The notes beneath the pieces were generated by a model. That model worked only from the letters and a program-made list of their open reading frames with translations, was not told where the DNA came from and did not search any database. A program made the position numbers and the translations under genes. This document shows positions 27,726 through 40,939 of a stretch of 64,000 nt of DNA, piece after piece (the first letter of the stretch is position 1; the number at the start of each line of letters is the position of its first letter). Source of the stretch: Synechococcus sp. (GTDB lineage: Bacteria; Cyanobacteriota; Cyanobacteriia; Thermostichales; PCC-7336); contig JBFRWN010000039.1 of the NCBI GenBank assembly GCA_051439605.1, positions 1 through 64,000 on the forward strand, given 5' to 3'.

Positions 27726-30395
27726 CTATTGCCAGTTGCCAACGAGGACAAACGATGCCCAATAGTAGGGATGTTTTTGAGCCGTCCCGACGTTTTCGTA
27801 GACCGATAGCTGCGCCTGCTGCAGAGCTTTGGCCTTGGTCATACCGTGATTGACGAGATTGTCGTAAAAGCGATCGACGATCTGGGCGGTGGCGAGGTCG
27901 TTTACTTGCCACAATGTGGCCACCGTGCTGCGTGCCCCCGATCGCGTCGCCATACCCGCTAGTCCCAACGCCGCCTGCCGATCGCCCATGGCAGTCTCGC
28001 AGGCACTCAGCACCAGCAGATCGACGGGGCGATCGCGGGAGAAGTCGCTCGACAATAGAAGATACCGCAGTTGATTGATGTCGATATTGCCATCCCAAGC
28101 GAGCAAAAACGTGCGATCGAGTTGGGAGCTGAATTGACCGTGGGTGGCGATGTGCACGAATGAAAAGCGGTCGTTGTTCATCTCAGTTTGTAAGGACTTC
28201 TGGGTGAAATCTTGATTGGCTAAGATACGCCCGGAAAGATTCTTCTCGATACCGTTAATTTCGTCGGCAACGTAGGGCAGAGCTGCGAACCCTCCGCGAG
28301 GCTGCGATAACCCGGCGGTGAGTATCTGCTCGCGATCTGCCTGGTTAGGTTGCGGGGGAAGGAGTTGCAGGCCTGGACTGACGGCGATCGCGTATTGTTC
28401 CAACAGGTAATGCTCTCCATCGTGCAGTGCTCCCATTGGGAGGTTGCGCAATACTCCATCTGGGACAAAAACGAGGGTATCGACCCCACTGTCTGCTAAA
28501 TCCTGCTCGATGGGTTGAATCAGCCAATGGTAAAGCTGTTGAGCGAGGGGCAAATAGCGGGGGCTGGTGCGTTGGCCGAAGGCAAGGCGGGTGCGGTCAA
28601 CTCCGCGGTTAATCTCGTCACTGCTTACCTCTACGGTGATTTGCCGGAGGGGCTGCCCAGGCAAACGAAGCAGGATTTCTAAGCGATCGTTCAGCACGAT
28701 GGGATAAATCACAGCGGCTTGCGCATCGACCTCGTCAATAACAACGGGTACGCCTTTGATGCAGGCGGCTCTGAAGAAGTTATCGAGTTCCGCTAACTGC
28801 AGCCGTTCGACGGTTTGCCGAGCCAAATCGAGGCGATCTTGAGTGACCTCCTCTTGACCCTCCCAATTCTGACTATCTCCTCTAGGATTGCTCAGCAGTA
28901 GGTCAACTAACTGGCGGTGGATGGGCTCGATGCTATCCCGAAAGGCAAATTGAATGTCTGAGTGGGCTGCAGCTAAATCCCCCCTAAGTCGATCGAGGGT
29001 ATCGACGGTAGCTCGATAGGCCGCGATCGCTCCCTCGATATCTCCGAGGGCGGCCCGGATACGTCCCGACTGCCATTGCCATTGATAGAGGCTCTCAAAG
29101 GCGCGATCGGTTTGAGCTAGGAGTATGGCAGTATCTGTCAGTTGAATGGCCTCCTGCCACTGCTGCGCCTGCTCGTACAGGTGCCCCAAAAGCCCCAAAG
29201 CTTGAGCTTCAGCACGCCGATTTCCGAGGAACTGCGCCTGCTGACGGGTGGCGATCGCCCAGTTGTCGATCTCGATGGTGCTGGGGGCCAGGGCGGGCTG
29301 GGTCATGCTTAACTTCGTGAATAGGTCTAGCAACTTAAGACGAGCCTGGATGGCGATGCGGCTGGGAGCTAAGTGGACAATCTCGGCCTGCAGCGGCGCA
29401 AGCTGCTCTTGTAGGGGTTGCCAGCGCTCGGCGGCCAGCAGCAAATCCATCCGGTTGAGTTGAGCTTGGAGTTTGAGGGTGGGGTTGCTTGCCTGCTGGA
29501 CGACCCAAGCGTATTCCTCCAACGCCTGTTCGTCATCGCCTGCCGATCGTCTGCCATTGCCCAAGCTTAAGCGAGTGGCGGCAATGGCTGATGTGCTATC
29601 CAGTTCCTCTGCCACGGCGAGACTGCGTTCTAGTACCTCAAGAGCGTTCTTCGTATTGCCTGTCAGCAGCAGGGTGTCTCCTAAGCTGCGCAAACTCGTG
29701 GCTTTGAGAAGGGTGTTAGGGGTTGGCTCTAGCTCCTCCACCAATTGCTGGAGTTGGCTGCTGGCACGACTGATAAATCCCAACGCCTGCAGCACTTTGG
29801 CCTGGCTTGTGCGGATGCGAATGCTGCCAGCAAGATCGTCAGCTTGGGTAAAGAGAGCTCGGGCTGCCTCCCAACTGTCCATGGCCGGCTGCAGTTGGGT
29901 TCGATCGAAATACAGCCGCCCCTGGATTTCTAAAACTTGCGCTCTCAACTGCTGGTCCCCGACCTTGGTAGGGGTGGAGGGCAACAATTGCAGGCTGTTC
30001 GCGATTGCTGTATCAGCTGCTTCCCAGTTCCCGGACCGCCCGTAAATCGCTGCCAAATTGCTTAAAGCGATCGCCTCTCCAGTGGGGTCGTTGCGATCCC
30101 GATAGAGGGTTACTGCCTGTTCGAGCTGGGCAGCGGCAGCCTCAAAATCACGGTTTTCCGCCAGCTGCTTGCCCTGTAATTCCAGCTGCTCCGCAGCCTG
30201 TCCCAAAAGTTGCTGCGAAGGTTGTGCCCCTGCAGGACTGCTCAACAGAAAGAGGCAGCAGATCGGAATGAGACAAGCGATTGCAAATGTTTGAATTGCT
30301 TTTAAGCGATCGAGAAAAAGCCCCCCATCCGCAAGATGATGGGCGGTTGTCAAATCTCGCCAGCTTGCTCTTGGATTAGGAACAAATGGGGTCAT
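27726..30395 (-). CDS. TPR + CHAT domain protein (caspase/HetF-like)
   Basis: TPR helices; CHAT motifs FVPDGVLRNLPM, HIATHGQF, LVLSACET, ATLWQVND, HPYYWASFVLVGNW. Start codon uncertain. Confidence 0.9.
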   Translation of the reverse strand: MTPFVPNPRASWRDLTTAHHLADGGLFLDRLKAIQTFAIACLIPICCLFLLSSPAGAQPSQQLLGQAAEQLELQGKQLAENRDFEAAAAQLEQAVTLYRDRNDPTGEAIALSNLAAIYGRSGNWEAADTAIANSLQLLPSTPTKVGDQQLRAQVLEIQGRLYFDRTQLQPAMDSWEAARALFTQADDLAGSIRIRTSQAKVLQALGFISRASSQLQQLVEELEPTPNTLLKATSLRSLGDTLLLTGNTKNALEVLERSLAVAEELDSTSAIAATRLSLGNGRRSAGDDEQALEEYAWVVQQASNPTLKLQAQLNRMDLLLAAERWQPLQEQLAPLQAEIVHLAPSRIAIQARLKLLDLFTKLSMTQPALAPSTIEIDNWAIATRQQAQFLGNRRAEAQALGLLGHLYEQAQQWQEAIQLTDTAILLAQTDRAFESLYQWQWQSGRIRAALGDIEGAIAAYRATVDTLDRLRGDLAAAHSDIQFAFRDSIEPIHRQLVDLLLSNPRGDSQNWEGQEEVTQDRLDLARQTVERLQLAELDNFFRAACIKGVPVVIDEVDAQAAVIYPIVLNDRLEILLRLPGQPLRQITVEVSSDEINRGVDRTRLAFGQRTSPRYLPLAQQLYHWLIQPIEQDLADSGVDTLVFVPDGVLRNLPMGALHDGEHYLLEQYAIAVSPGLQLLPPQPNQADREQILTAGLSQPRGGFAALPYVADEINGIEKNLSGRILANQDFTQKSLQTEMNNDRFSFVHIATHGQFSSQLDRTFLLAWDGNIDINQLRYLLLSSDFSRDRPVDLLVLSACETAMGDRQAALGLAGMATRSGARSTVATLWQVNDLATAQIVDRFYDNLVNHGMTKAKALQQAQLSVYENVGTAQKHPYYWASFVLVGNWQ

Positions 30396-30444
30396 CTTCC
30401 TGCGACGTCTTTCCTGAACTGTTCCGATCGGGTTTAGGTCAACC

Positions 30445-32199
30445 CTAAAAAAAGGTGTAGGTCAATCCCATAGAAATCCCGCTGTCCTGCAGCGTGTTGC
30501 TGCTGGAATTCCCATCGACTAAGGGCAGCCCCCAAGTGAATCGAGCTTCTAGGCGATCGCCCCGCTGCCACAGCAAGCCTAAGCCCGTCGATGCCAAAGC
30601 ATTATTGGGACGGCCTACGGATAATCCTCCGTTATTCCAGCCCGCTCCTAAGTCGAGGAAGGGAACTAGCTGAATGCGGCCGAATCCGTCTTCGTCGTTG
30701 AAGAGAGGCAGGCGCACCTCTGTTGAGAGAGTTGCCCCATTATCTGCCAACAGTAAAGCCTCTCGGTACCCCCGGACGCTGTCGATGCCCCCGATTTGAA
30801 ATTGTTCGATGGGGGGTAACTGGCGATCGGCTAGCTGTATATTTCCGCGTACCAGAAGCAACGTGGAGGGGGCTGGTAGGTAAGCCCACTGTACCTGCCC
30901 GCGCCAAAGTGCATATTGGCCATCGGGATCGGAGTTGTTGTCCGTTGCCCCCAGAGCATCCAACCCCAGCGAAATCTGCGAACGTCCGGCCACGACTTGA
31001 CGGCCGCTGCGCCACAGTCCATCCTGCTCCAACCTCAGCACTGTTAGCCGCGTTCTACCCTCCTCATCCGATCCCCGCAGAGGAAAGCCAATCCGATCTT
31101 CTGTGAATAGGGAGCGGGAGCGGCGGATATATCCCGAGATGCCTAGGGCAAATTCTGCCGAAGGTTTCAGCACTAAGGGTTGACGGACTGATGCGGTCCA
31201 TTCCGCTGCTTCGGATGAAATGTCCAGAATATCGAAGGGTTCTTCAATCACATCCGCCCAAGTTTGCGAAAACGCAAGGGATGCAGTGCCTTCTTTTGCA
31301 TTGAAAGGCATGCTGTAGCTACTGTCGATCGCGTCGCTGCCGTCCGTGTTGCGATAGCCCAGCGTGAAGCGATCCCCTCGACCGAAAAGATTCAACTCTT
31401 CTAACAAAAATCCCCGCTCGAATAGACCGATGCTGGGGGAGCGATCGCTATTCAGCTGGACATCTACTCCTACTGTATTGGCTTCGACCACCTCTACGCT
31501 CAGCACCGAAAGCCCGGGTTGACTGCCGGCTGACAACTCTGCTGAGGTGCGTTGAATGCGAGGGTTAAGCTGCAGTAACTGTAGCGCTGCAATAATCTCA
31601 TCGGTGTTGAGGGGAGTGCGATCTGCGCGGGCTAAACGACTGTACACGTAATTTGGATGCAGTCGCTGGGTTCCCCTAATCTCGATGGCCTCCAGAGACC
31701 CTTCAATGACCTGAATTCGGACTGTACCCCCTTCGGGTGTTTGAGGGGGCAGAAAAGCAGCCGATGTTACGAATCCACGATCTGCGTATGCCTGCGAAAT
31801 CGCCGAACGCACTTGCAACAGCTCTGGAAACGTCAGCTCTCGGTTGACATAGTCTGCTGTGATTTCGTCTAACTCTTCCGCGGTAAACACAGTGCTGCCC
31901 ACCACTTCAAACCCGCGCACGAAAATGCGATCGCGGTTGCTAGAAGTGGGTGGCGTGAGAGGTGTCGATTGCGGTAGGGGGATGGTGTCGAGTGGGGGGA
32001 ACCCCTCTGGAGTTTGGGGCTGAATTTGTGGGACAGGCTGGGGGGGAAAACTGTTACCGCGTTCGGGGGACGCGTTTGGCAATCGATTGGTTTGGGCCAG
32101 CACCGAATGAGCTGATACATCCGCGATGCTAAGACAATATCCAGCTAAGAGGCTCGAGACAATTAACTGGCTGCATCGTGACGACAGTTGAAACGGCAT
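30445..32199 (-). CDS. ShlB/FhaC/HecB family two-partner secretion outer-membrane protein (TpsB)
   Basis: POTRA region (VVGSTVF...YADRGFVTS), GGIDSVRGY motif, C-terminal aromatic residue. Confidence 0.9.
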   Translation of the reverse strand: MPFQLSSRCSQLIVSSLLAGYCLSIADVSAHSVLAQTNRLPNASPERGNSFPPQPVPQIQPQTPEGFPPLDTIPLPQSTPLTPPTSSNRDRIFVRGFEVVGSTVFTAEELDEITADYVNRELTFPELLQVRSAISQAYADRGFVTSAAFLPPQTPEGGTVRIQVIEGSLEAIEIRGTQRLHPNYVYSRLARADRTPLNTDEIIAALQLLQLNPRIQRTSAELSAGSQPGLSVLSVEVVEANTVGVDVQLNSDRSPSIGLFERGFLLEELNLFGRGDRFTLGYRNTDGSDAIDSSYSMPFNAKEGTASLAFSQTWADVIEEPFDILDISSEAAEWTASVRQPLVLKPSAEFALGISGYIRRSRSLFTEDRIGFPLRGSDEEGRTRLTVLRLEQDGLWRSGRQVVAGRSQISLGLDALGATDNNSDPDGQYALWRGQVQWAYLPAPSTLLLVRGNIQLADRQLPPIEQFQIGGIDSVRGYREALLLADNGATLSTEVRLPLFNDEDGFGRIQLVPFLDLGAGWNNGGLSVGRPNNALASTGLGLLWQRGDRLEARFTWGLPLVDGNSSSNTLQDSGISMGLTYTFF

Positions 32200-32457
32200 C
32201 CTTATCTGGAACAGCGCTCTCAGTGATTGGCAGAATTGTTAAAAATCTGATGAATGCAAGTCCAAGCTCAGTAGACTACAGATTAGATTAACCCCTGACG
32301 AAAGGTGTCGCTCAAAAAATTCAAAAGCGGCTTGGAGGCCGCTAGGGGGAGATTGTACGAATTATGTGTGCGAGCGGTGGCTGACCTTGCCTGAAATACT
32401 CTTCTGTCAATACTGCTTGCGCTGTCGTCGATCGGGGGAGCGGACTTGGCTGGCGTT

Positions 32458-32901
32458 CTAAGCACGAGCGGTCTCTAGCCGTTGGACAATGCGATTTAAA
32501 GCTGGCTCTGTGGTTGTCACTGCAGTGTTTTGTTCGGCCCTGGGCTTGAGGGAATCCCAGTTCGGCCAATGATCGAGATCTGAACAGGGGCAAGGAGTTT
32601 GACTTAGAGAAATGGGGGTTGGCAATGGCAGTAGGAGCATGCATCGACTGCAGTTTCCAATCTCCCACCGATCGCTCAATAAGTCCTGAATGCTCTCATT
32701 GGTGTTGCTTAAGAAGCAATTGTTGGGATGACGCAAGACAAAGCGCCAAATGTGCTCAAAGTCATCGCTATATTGGCCCAATTTCAGGACCGTCTTCGGT
32801 TGCAGCAATTGATGTTGACCCGATGGCAAATCCACATCAATTGCCTTCCCCATCTGCAACCAACAGGCAAGGTAAGCCTTAACTTGATCTTGGTTTGCCA
32901 T
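32458..32901 (-). CDS. Conserved cyanobacterial hypothetical protein with Cys motifs
   Basis: MA...VKAYLA.W.Q.GK, I..LL...WEI..CSRC, CPC.DL..WPN. Confidence 0.75.
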   Translation of the reverse strand: MANQDQVKAYLACWLQMGKAIDVDLPSGQHQLLQPKTVLKLGQYSDDFEHIWRFVLRHPNNCFLSNTNESIQDLLSDRWEIGNCSRCMLLLPLPTPISLSQTPCPCSDLDHWPNWDSLKPRAEQNTAVTTTEPALNRIVQRLETARA

Positions 32902-33095
32902 GATGTCTCGTACCAGCTCCATCTCAATTTTAAGGATGCTCTCTTCGAACAGAGTGGGATATTGAGGGATGCAGGCGAAAGTTTACTTGCTGTCATCTCT
33001 CGTTAGGTATGGGGAGCGAAGGGTTAATTTGCCGCAGCTCCTACACTGGAGCTATCGTTTGAGATCGAGTGGCCTGTTGTGGAGATTGACCGTTG

Positions 33096-33626
33096 ATGGG
33101 AAATCGATTCATTGATAGCAAAGGGCGGCTGTTTGGCAAAGTTAGCGTCATCGATGTGGGGGCGGCCCTCGTAGTGGTGGTTGCACTTGTGGCAATTTTT
33201 CTCGTGCCTGCCAACAGCCAGTCAGTGCCCGTCCCTGGGTTTAGCTCCAGCGATCGCCAGCCGGTAGAGGTTGATGTGATGGCCCGTCGCGTCAGCGCGC
33301 GATCGCTAGAGGTCTTCAAATCAGGGGAAAAGGCGAACATCATTATTCGCAATCAGCCCTACGGACAAGTGCAAGTGGTTAGGGTTGAAGATGCCAGCCG
33401 TAAAGTGCCGGTAGTTCTTCCTGATGGGGCGATCGAGCGGCTTTCCGACGAGCAATACAGCTTTGATGTGGTGGTCACCGTCTCCGGTGATGCAGTGATT
33501 ACAGATACAGGTGTGGTGCTGGGTAACAGCAAGGTAAAGGTAGGGATTCCAATCGAACTTGAAACCTTTGACTACCTGATCCGGGGCACGGTGATGGATG
33601 TGCGGATTGATGATGGTAATGTTTAG
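33096..33626 (+). CDS. DUF4330 family protein
   Basis: IDSKGRLFGKVSVID + TM helix, IIIRNQPYG, GNSKVKVG.PIELE. Confidence 0.8.
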   Translation: MGNRFIDSKGRLFGKVSVIDVGAALVVVVALVAIFLVPANSQSVPVPGFSSSDRQPVEVDVMARRVSARSLEVFKSGEKANIIIRNQPYGQVQVVRVEDASRKVPVVLPDGAIERLSDEQYSFDVVVTVSGDAVITDTGVVLGNSKVKVGIPIELETFDYLIRGTVMDVRIDDGNV

Positions 33627-33646
33627 CAAGTTAGATGGCAGCTAGG

Positions 33647-33740
33647 TATAGCGACCGTCAAGTCGCTGAGGACATTTCAGCTATCCCAATCAATGACTGG
33701 CATAGATTCCTCTGTCCTAACTGAAATGTGACAAGCTATA
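33647..33740. mobile_element. MITE-like element, copy 2
   Basis: TATAGC...AGGACA at the left end and TGTCCT...GCTATA at the right end form imperfect terminal inverted repeats with TA ends; homologous to 15095-15189. Confidence 0.75.
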
Positions 33741-33767
33741 GCTTCTAAATTGGCCAAAACGAGATCT

Positions 33768-33806
33768 GAAAGGAGGGTGTGCCAAGACCGGCTTCACCCT
33801 CTTTTC
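33768..33806. terminator. Bidirectional terminator between DUF4330 and thiC
   Basis: GAAAGGAGGGTG...CACCCTCTTTTC inverted repeat. Confidence 0.7.
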
Positions 33807-33857
33807 ATGGGTTGTATTCCTGCCAAGCTGTTGCTTGGAGGCAAAACTAACTGAAAC

Positions 33858-35345
<1,488 letters not shown>

Positions 35346-35615
35346 ATATTCTACTGCGGTGCTGTCATTCTGGAGAACGTTCGTCCAGATAAGAATTCCT
35401 GAGTTATGTGGCTGTTTTTCTACTCTAAGAGTCGTTCTCCAGTTTTCTCTCAGGTTGGCCATCGCCCTGCACAGTCCATCGGGAAAAGCTGTTGTGCCGA
35501 AAATCCTGCTGATGAAAATCATTCATAGCCTCCAGTACTTCCCCTTGCGTGCTGGGGGGCACCCGCCCGTCTAAGATGGAATCCGGACACAAGCATCGCA
35601 GCCAAAACATCAGTC

Positions 35616-37418
35616 ATGTCGGAATCAGTGGAACAACCCAAAATCTCGCTCCCCAAAACGAGCGAATCGGATACCCTCCATCGCATCCGACATACCACAT
35701 CCCACGTCATGGCGATGGCAGTACAAAAGCTTTTCCCCGAGGCTCAAGTCACCATTGGTCCCGCCACTGATTACGGTTTTTATTACGACTTCGACGTTCC
35801 CGAACCGTTTGAAACCTCCGATTTGAAAAAAATCAAAAAGGAGATGATCAAAATCATCAAAAAGGGGTTGCCCGTAGTCCGGGAAGAGGTCTCCCGTGAG
35901 GACGCTCAGAAGCGGATTGAAGAGCTGAAGGAACCCTACAAACTCGAAATCCTCGGAGATATTCCCACAGGTGAGAACATTAGTCTCTATCACCTGGGTG
36001 ACGAGTGGTGGGATCTATGTGCCGGCCCTCACCTTGAAACGACGAAAGATATTCATCCTAAAGCATTCGATCTGCTGTCCGTTGCCGGTGCCTACTGGCG
36101 CGGGGACGAGAATAAAGCGCAACTGCAACGCATTTACGGCACCGCTTGGGAAACCCCCGAGCAACTGCAGGCATACAAGCAGCGCTTGGAAGAAGCGAAA
36201 CTGCGAGATCACCGCAAGCTGGGCAAAGAGCTAGGGTTATTTCTGTTTTCCGATGATGTTGGTCCTGGCTTACCGTTGTGGACGCCTAAGGGCACCATTT
36301 TGCGTTCGACCCTAGAAGACTATCTCAAGAAGGAGCAGCTGAAGCGCGGGTACCTTCCCGTTACGACCCCCCATATTGCTCGTGTGGATTTGTTCAGGAC
36401 CTCCGGTCACTGGCAGAAATATAAGGAAGACATGTTCCCGATCATGTCGGAGGATGATGAAGCCCGCGAGAAGGAAGTGGGTTTTGTTATGAAGCCCATG
36501 AATTGCCCTTTCCACATTCAGATCTATAAGAACGAGCTGCGCTCGTATCGAGATCTACCGCTGAGGTATGCCGAATTCGGGACGGTATATCGGTACGAGC
36601 AGTCTGGGGAATTGGGAGGTCTTACACGTGTACGCGGCTTTACGGTGGATGATTCCCATCTGTTTGTAACGCCGGAGCAGCTTGATGACGAATTCCTCAA
36701 GGTGGTAGATCTGATCCTGAGCGTGTTTGAAAAACTGGGATTGAAGGATTTCTCCGCGCGCTTGAGTTTCCGCGATGCCAACTCTGATAAATACTTGGGC
36801 TCTGATGAAGCGTGGGAGAAGGCTCAGGGGGCAATTCGTCGAGCTGTCCAGAAGCTGGAAATGGCCTATATCGAGGAAGAAGGAGAAGCCGCGTTCTACG
36901 GCCCCAAACTAGATTTCATATTCCGGGATGTGCTCGATCGCGAGTGGCAGCTCGGTACCGTTCAGGTGGACTACCAACTTCCCGAACGCTTTGACCTGGA
37001 GTATGTGGCGGAAGATGGGGTGCGCAAGCGCCCCGTCATGATTCACCGTGCCCCCTTTGGATCGCTGGAGCGTTTGGTGGGGATTCTAATCGAGCAGTAT
37101 GCGGGGGATTTCCCCTTCTGGCTTGCCCCCGAGCAGGTGCGCATTCTGCCGGTGTCCGATCAGTTCTCTGACTACGCAGAGACGGTGCGGCAGTTTTTGG
37201 CATCTGAAGACATCAGAGTCACAGTAGACAACGCCTCCGATCGCTTGGGTAAAAAAATCCGTAAGGCCGAGAAAGGCAAGATTCCTTACATGTTGGTGGT
37301 GGGGGCTGACGAGCAGGAAAATCAGACGGCTGCAGTGCGCTCGCGCAAAGGGGGCGACGCTGGCTCCTTGGCGATTGCGGGACTGGCAGCCAAGTTACAG
37401 GAACTAGCCGATGGGTAA
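35616..37418 (+). CDS. thrS: Threonine--tRNA ligase
   Basis: RHTTSHVMA, DLCAGPH, RDHRKLG, KPMNCP, GEAAFYGPK, IHRAPFGS.ER. Confidence 0.99.
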   Translation: MSESVEQPKISLPKTSESDTLHRIRHTTSHVMAMAVQKLFPEAQVTIGPATDYGFYYDFDVPEPFETSDLKKIKKEMIKIIKKGLPVVREEVSREDAQKRIEELKEPYKLEILGDIPTGENISLYHLGDEWWDLCAGPHLETTKDIHPKAFDLLSVAGAYWRGDENKAQLQRIYGTAWETPEQLQAYKQRLEEAKLRDHRKLGKELGLFLFSDDVGPGLPLWTPKGTILRSTLEDYLKKEQLKRGYLPVTTPHIARVDLFRTSGHWQKYKEDMFPIMSEDDEAREKEVGFVMKPMNCPFHIQIYKNELRSYRDLPLRYAEFGTVYRYEQSGELGGLTRVRGFTVDDSHLFVTPEQLDDEFLKVVDLILSVFEKLGLKDFSARLSFRDANSDKYLGSDEAWEKAQGAIRRAVQKLEMAYIEEEGEAAFYGPKLDFIFRDVLDREWQLGTVQVDYQLPERFDLEYVAEDGVRKRPVMIHRAPFGSLERLVGILIEQYAGDFPFWLAPEQVRILPVSDQFSDYAETVRQFLASEDIRVTVDNASDRLGKKIRKAEKGKIPYMLVVGADEQENQTAAVRSRKGGDAGSLAIAGLAAKLQELADG

Positions 37419-37430
37419 TGACGGCATAGA

Positions 37431-37464
37431 AAAAGGGGAGCCCTATCTAGTCAGACTCCCCCTT
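37431..37464. terminator. Terminator between convergent thrS and nadV
   Basis: AAAAGGGGAG...CTCCCCCTT. Confidence 0.6.
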
Positions 37465-37482
37465 GATTTATTTCGAGATCGC

Positions 37483-38868
37483 TTACAGACCGGCAACTGC
37501 ACGTGCCCTGACTGTATCGAAGGGATAGTCTGCCAGCAGTTTCCCGTTTTCGTAGACAGTTACTAATTGGCTATCTGCTGCTTGCTGCTCTCCCTTCAAA
37601 GCCATTGTGACAAACTGACCCTCTCGCTTAACGAGATCCAGTCTGCCGGGTTTGCTGCGTTTTCCGGGGTCCGTTGCGGGGTCTTTGAATACCGGTATAT
37701 CCTGACCATCAATCGTCACCTGGCTGCACTTATAGGCAAACTTTTGTGTGTCGCGATTCACCTGCTGCAGTAAAGCACCACCCATACCAAAGGCAACGTT
37801 TTCGGCACTGAAACCCAGTTTTGCGATCGCCTCCAGCACCTCGGCGATTGTGTGTGGGTTGACGCCGTCCCCCTGAATTAATCGCACGTGCTGCAGTACT
37901 TTGTAACCTTTCGAGTTGGTTGTGCTTCCAAAGCGATCGGCTAGTATTTGCAACAAGCGGCTGACCACCGTTACGGGATTGCCCGAATCGGGACGAATCA
38001 CGACGGTTGCCCCGGAATCAATGACCTGTTGACGAAGGTCTCCCCCCCACAAGTTATCAACTGCATTCCAGATGTCGTAGGAGTCAGAAACGACCGCAAC
38101 TAAACTGCCTGGCTTTGCAAACTGCTTCAGCATGTTTCGATAAGCTTCCAACTCCCCCGCTTTTCCCCAAGCTGTCATTGTCGAGTGCTCTGCAGCAGGG
38201 ATGGAGAAACCTGCCATGTCGCAGTCATAAAATTTATTGGCGTACAGCACCCCCTGCACTGTGTCGCTGCCCAAGAAGTTAACCAAGTGGGCCATGCCAC
38301 CAATCCCCGATGACTCGCGACTGGATACGCCACGTGCTCCAAAGTCATGAAGTTTAAATCCAATTTCCCCGTCTGGGTTATCCGCCGTTTTTTTCAGCGC
38401 CTCATAAACGGTTTGACGTACGTACCAGCTTTGAGTGGCCACCGTGACCGGATACCACACCCGCATCAGCAACGTCTCTAACCAAGACACCACCCAAAAC
38501 GCTCGCGGAACGGTGGACTCTACTGTCATCAAAACGTTGTGATTTGGCACTACGGTGCCCTCTGGCACTGCCCGGATGCGAACAGGTAGCTTGCCGTCTA
38601 ACTCCCGCACAATGAAGTTCCAACCTGCCTCGTTAAATGGCTCTCCGTGGGCGGTATAGAAGACTTTGGCTTCCTCCACCATCCAGTCTTCAATTCGACA
38701 GGTGAGATACTGCTTGAGGATGTACTGCAGACCAAAGAATACCGTGGTGGGATAAAGCCCTCCTCGGCTTTCTACGTAGGAAAACATGCCGCTGGTGCCG
38801 GGGGGATATTGCAACCAGTGGCTGGCTTTGTAGGAATCGGTATCGAGCAAAGGATTGTAATTCAACAT
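37483..38868 (-). CDS. nadV: Nicotinamide phosphoribosyltransferase (NAMPT type)
   Basis: DTDSYKASH, LHDFGARG, SIPAAEHS, VVSDSYD, IRPDSG, QGDG; AAGGA before ATG 38868 (alternative start 38907). Confidence 0.92.
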   Translation of the reverse strand: MLNYNPLLDTDSYKASHWLQYPPGTSGMFSYVESRGGLYPTTVFFGLQYILKQYLTCRIEDWMVEEAKVFYTAHGEPFNEAGWNFIVRELDGKLPVRIRAVPEGTVVPNHNVLMTVESTVPRAFWVVSWLETLLMRVWYPVTVATQSWYVRQTVYEALKKTADNPDGEIGFKLHDFGARGVSSRESSGIGGMAHLVNFLGSDTVQGVLYANKFYDCDMAGFSIPAAEHSTMTAWGKAGELEAYRNMLKQFAKPGSLVAVVSDSYDIWNAVDNLWGGDLRQQVIDSGATVVIRPDSGNPVTVVSRLLQILADRFGSTTNSKGYKVLQHVRLIQGDGVNPHTIAEVLEAIAKLGFSAENVAFGMGGALLQQVNRDTQKFAYKCSQVTIDGQDIPVFKDPATDPGKRSKPGRLDLVKREGQFVTMALKGEQQAADSQLVTVYENGKLLADYPFDTVRARAVAGL

Positions 38869-39029
38869 GGGATTGTCCTTGTTGCGCTCCGCAACAGTTT
38901 GGGTCATGGCTCGGTCTATCCAAGCCAGGGGATTCGGCAAGGCGATTGACGACCCCTGTGGGTGCGCAATACCTGCCGAATGCTGATGTCAGCTCAGCCA
39001 GTCATTATCGTGAATTGCCGAGTAGCACG

Positions 39030-40130
<1,101 letters not shown>

Positions 40131-40248
40131 TCAAAATCGTACAGAATGACGCACAAAACTCTACGTACTCAATTGCTTTTCTGGCTGCAGCAACAAAGGA
40201 TGAAGGTCAGCAATTTTGTCAATCGATTGGTCTGGATGGGATATCTGT

Positions 40249-40818
40249 CTAGCCCGCTAATACCTGCATTGCGCGGAAGAAACAGGCAATAGTTTTGGCA
40301 TCCAGTTCGTTGGAGTTCAGCGCTAGATTTTTCATCTCTTCCACGGTGAACTCAACGACTTCTATATCTTCGTCTTCGTCTCCATCCGGCTGGAGGGCGA
40401 GTTTTTCTAGCTCGCGAGCCATGTAGGCAAAGATCGTTTCGTCTGAATAGCCGGGAGCTAAATAGAACTGGCCAAGACTGTCCCATCGATGGGCGGTGTA
40501 TCCGGTTTCCTCTTCCAATTCTCGGCGCACCGTAATGTTGGCGGGTTCGCTAGGTTCGAGGGTACCGGCAGGGAATTCGTAGATGTAAGAGCCAGTGGCA
40601 AAGCGATATTGTCGAATACAAATAAACCTGTTATCAGCAGTAACGGGAACCGCCACCGCTCCGCCCGGATGAACGATGTACTCTCGATTTGCCTCTGTGT
40701 TGTTGGGAAACTTCAGACGCTGCGATAGATAGGTAAATTTAGCTCCCTGATGGCTGAGGATGTCCTTCAGAACTGTAGAGGGTTGCGGGGGTTGGGGCTT
40801 AAAGTCGTCGGTGCTCAT
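40249..40818 (-). CDS. Nudix hydrolase (ADP-ribose pyrophosphatase-like)
   Basis: HPGG, RQYRF, EFPAG...RELEEETGY, APGYSDE, DEDEDI. Confidence 0.9.
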   Translation of the reverse strand: MSTDDFKPQPPQPSTVLKDILSHQGAKFTYLSQRLKFPNNTEANREYIVHPGGAVAVPVTADNRFICIRQYRFATGSYIYEFPAGTLEPSEPANITVRRELEEETGYTAHRWDSLGQFYLAPGYSDETIFAYMARELEKLALQPDGDEDEDIEVVEFTVEEMKNLALNSNELDAKTIACFFRAMQVLAG

Positions 40819-40939
40819 AGAGTGACGAAATCGATAATGGGTGATGAATTTGGCTGTGAGTCAGCATGAGGTTACTCAGGTAAACTGGCAGCGATTGAGA
40901 TGACAGAGTCCGAGCCTGTTGAAATAGCCAGAATCTACT

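Noticed and set aside
40137..40152. Possible NrtR operator upstream of nadM (CGTACAGAATGACG)
   Set aside because: Spacing is GT-N8-AC rather than the GT-N7-AC core, and the palindrome is weak.
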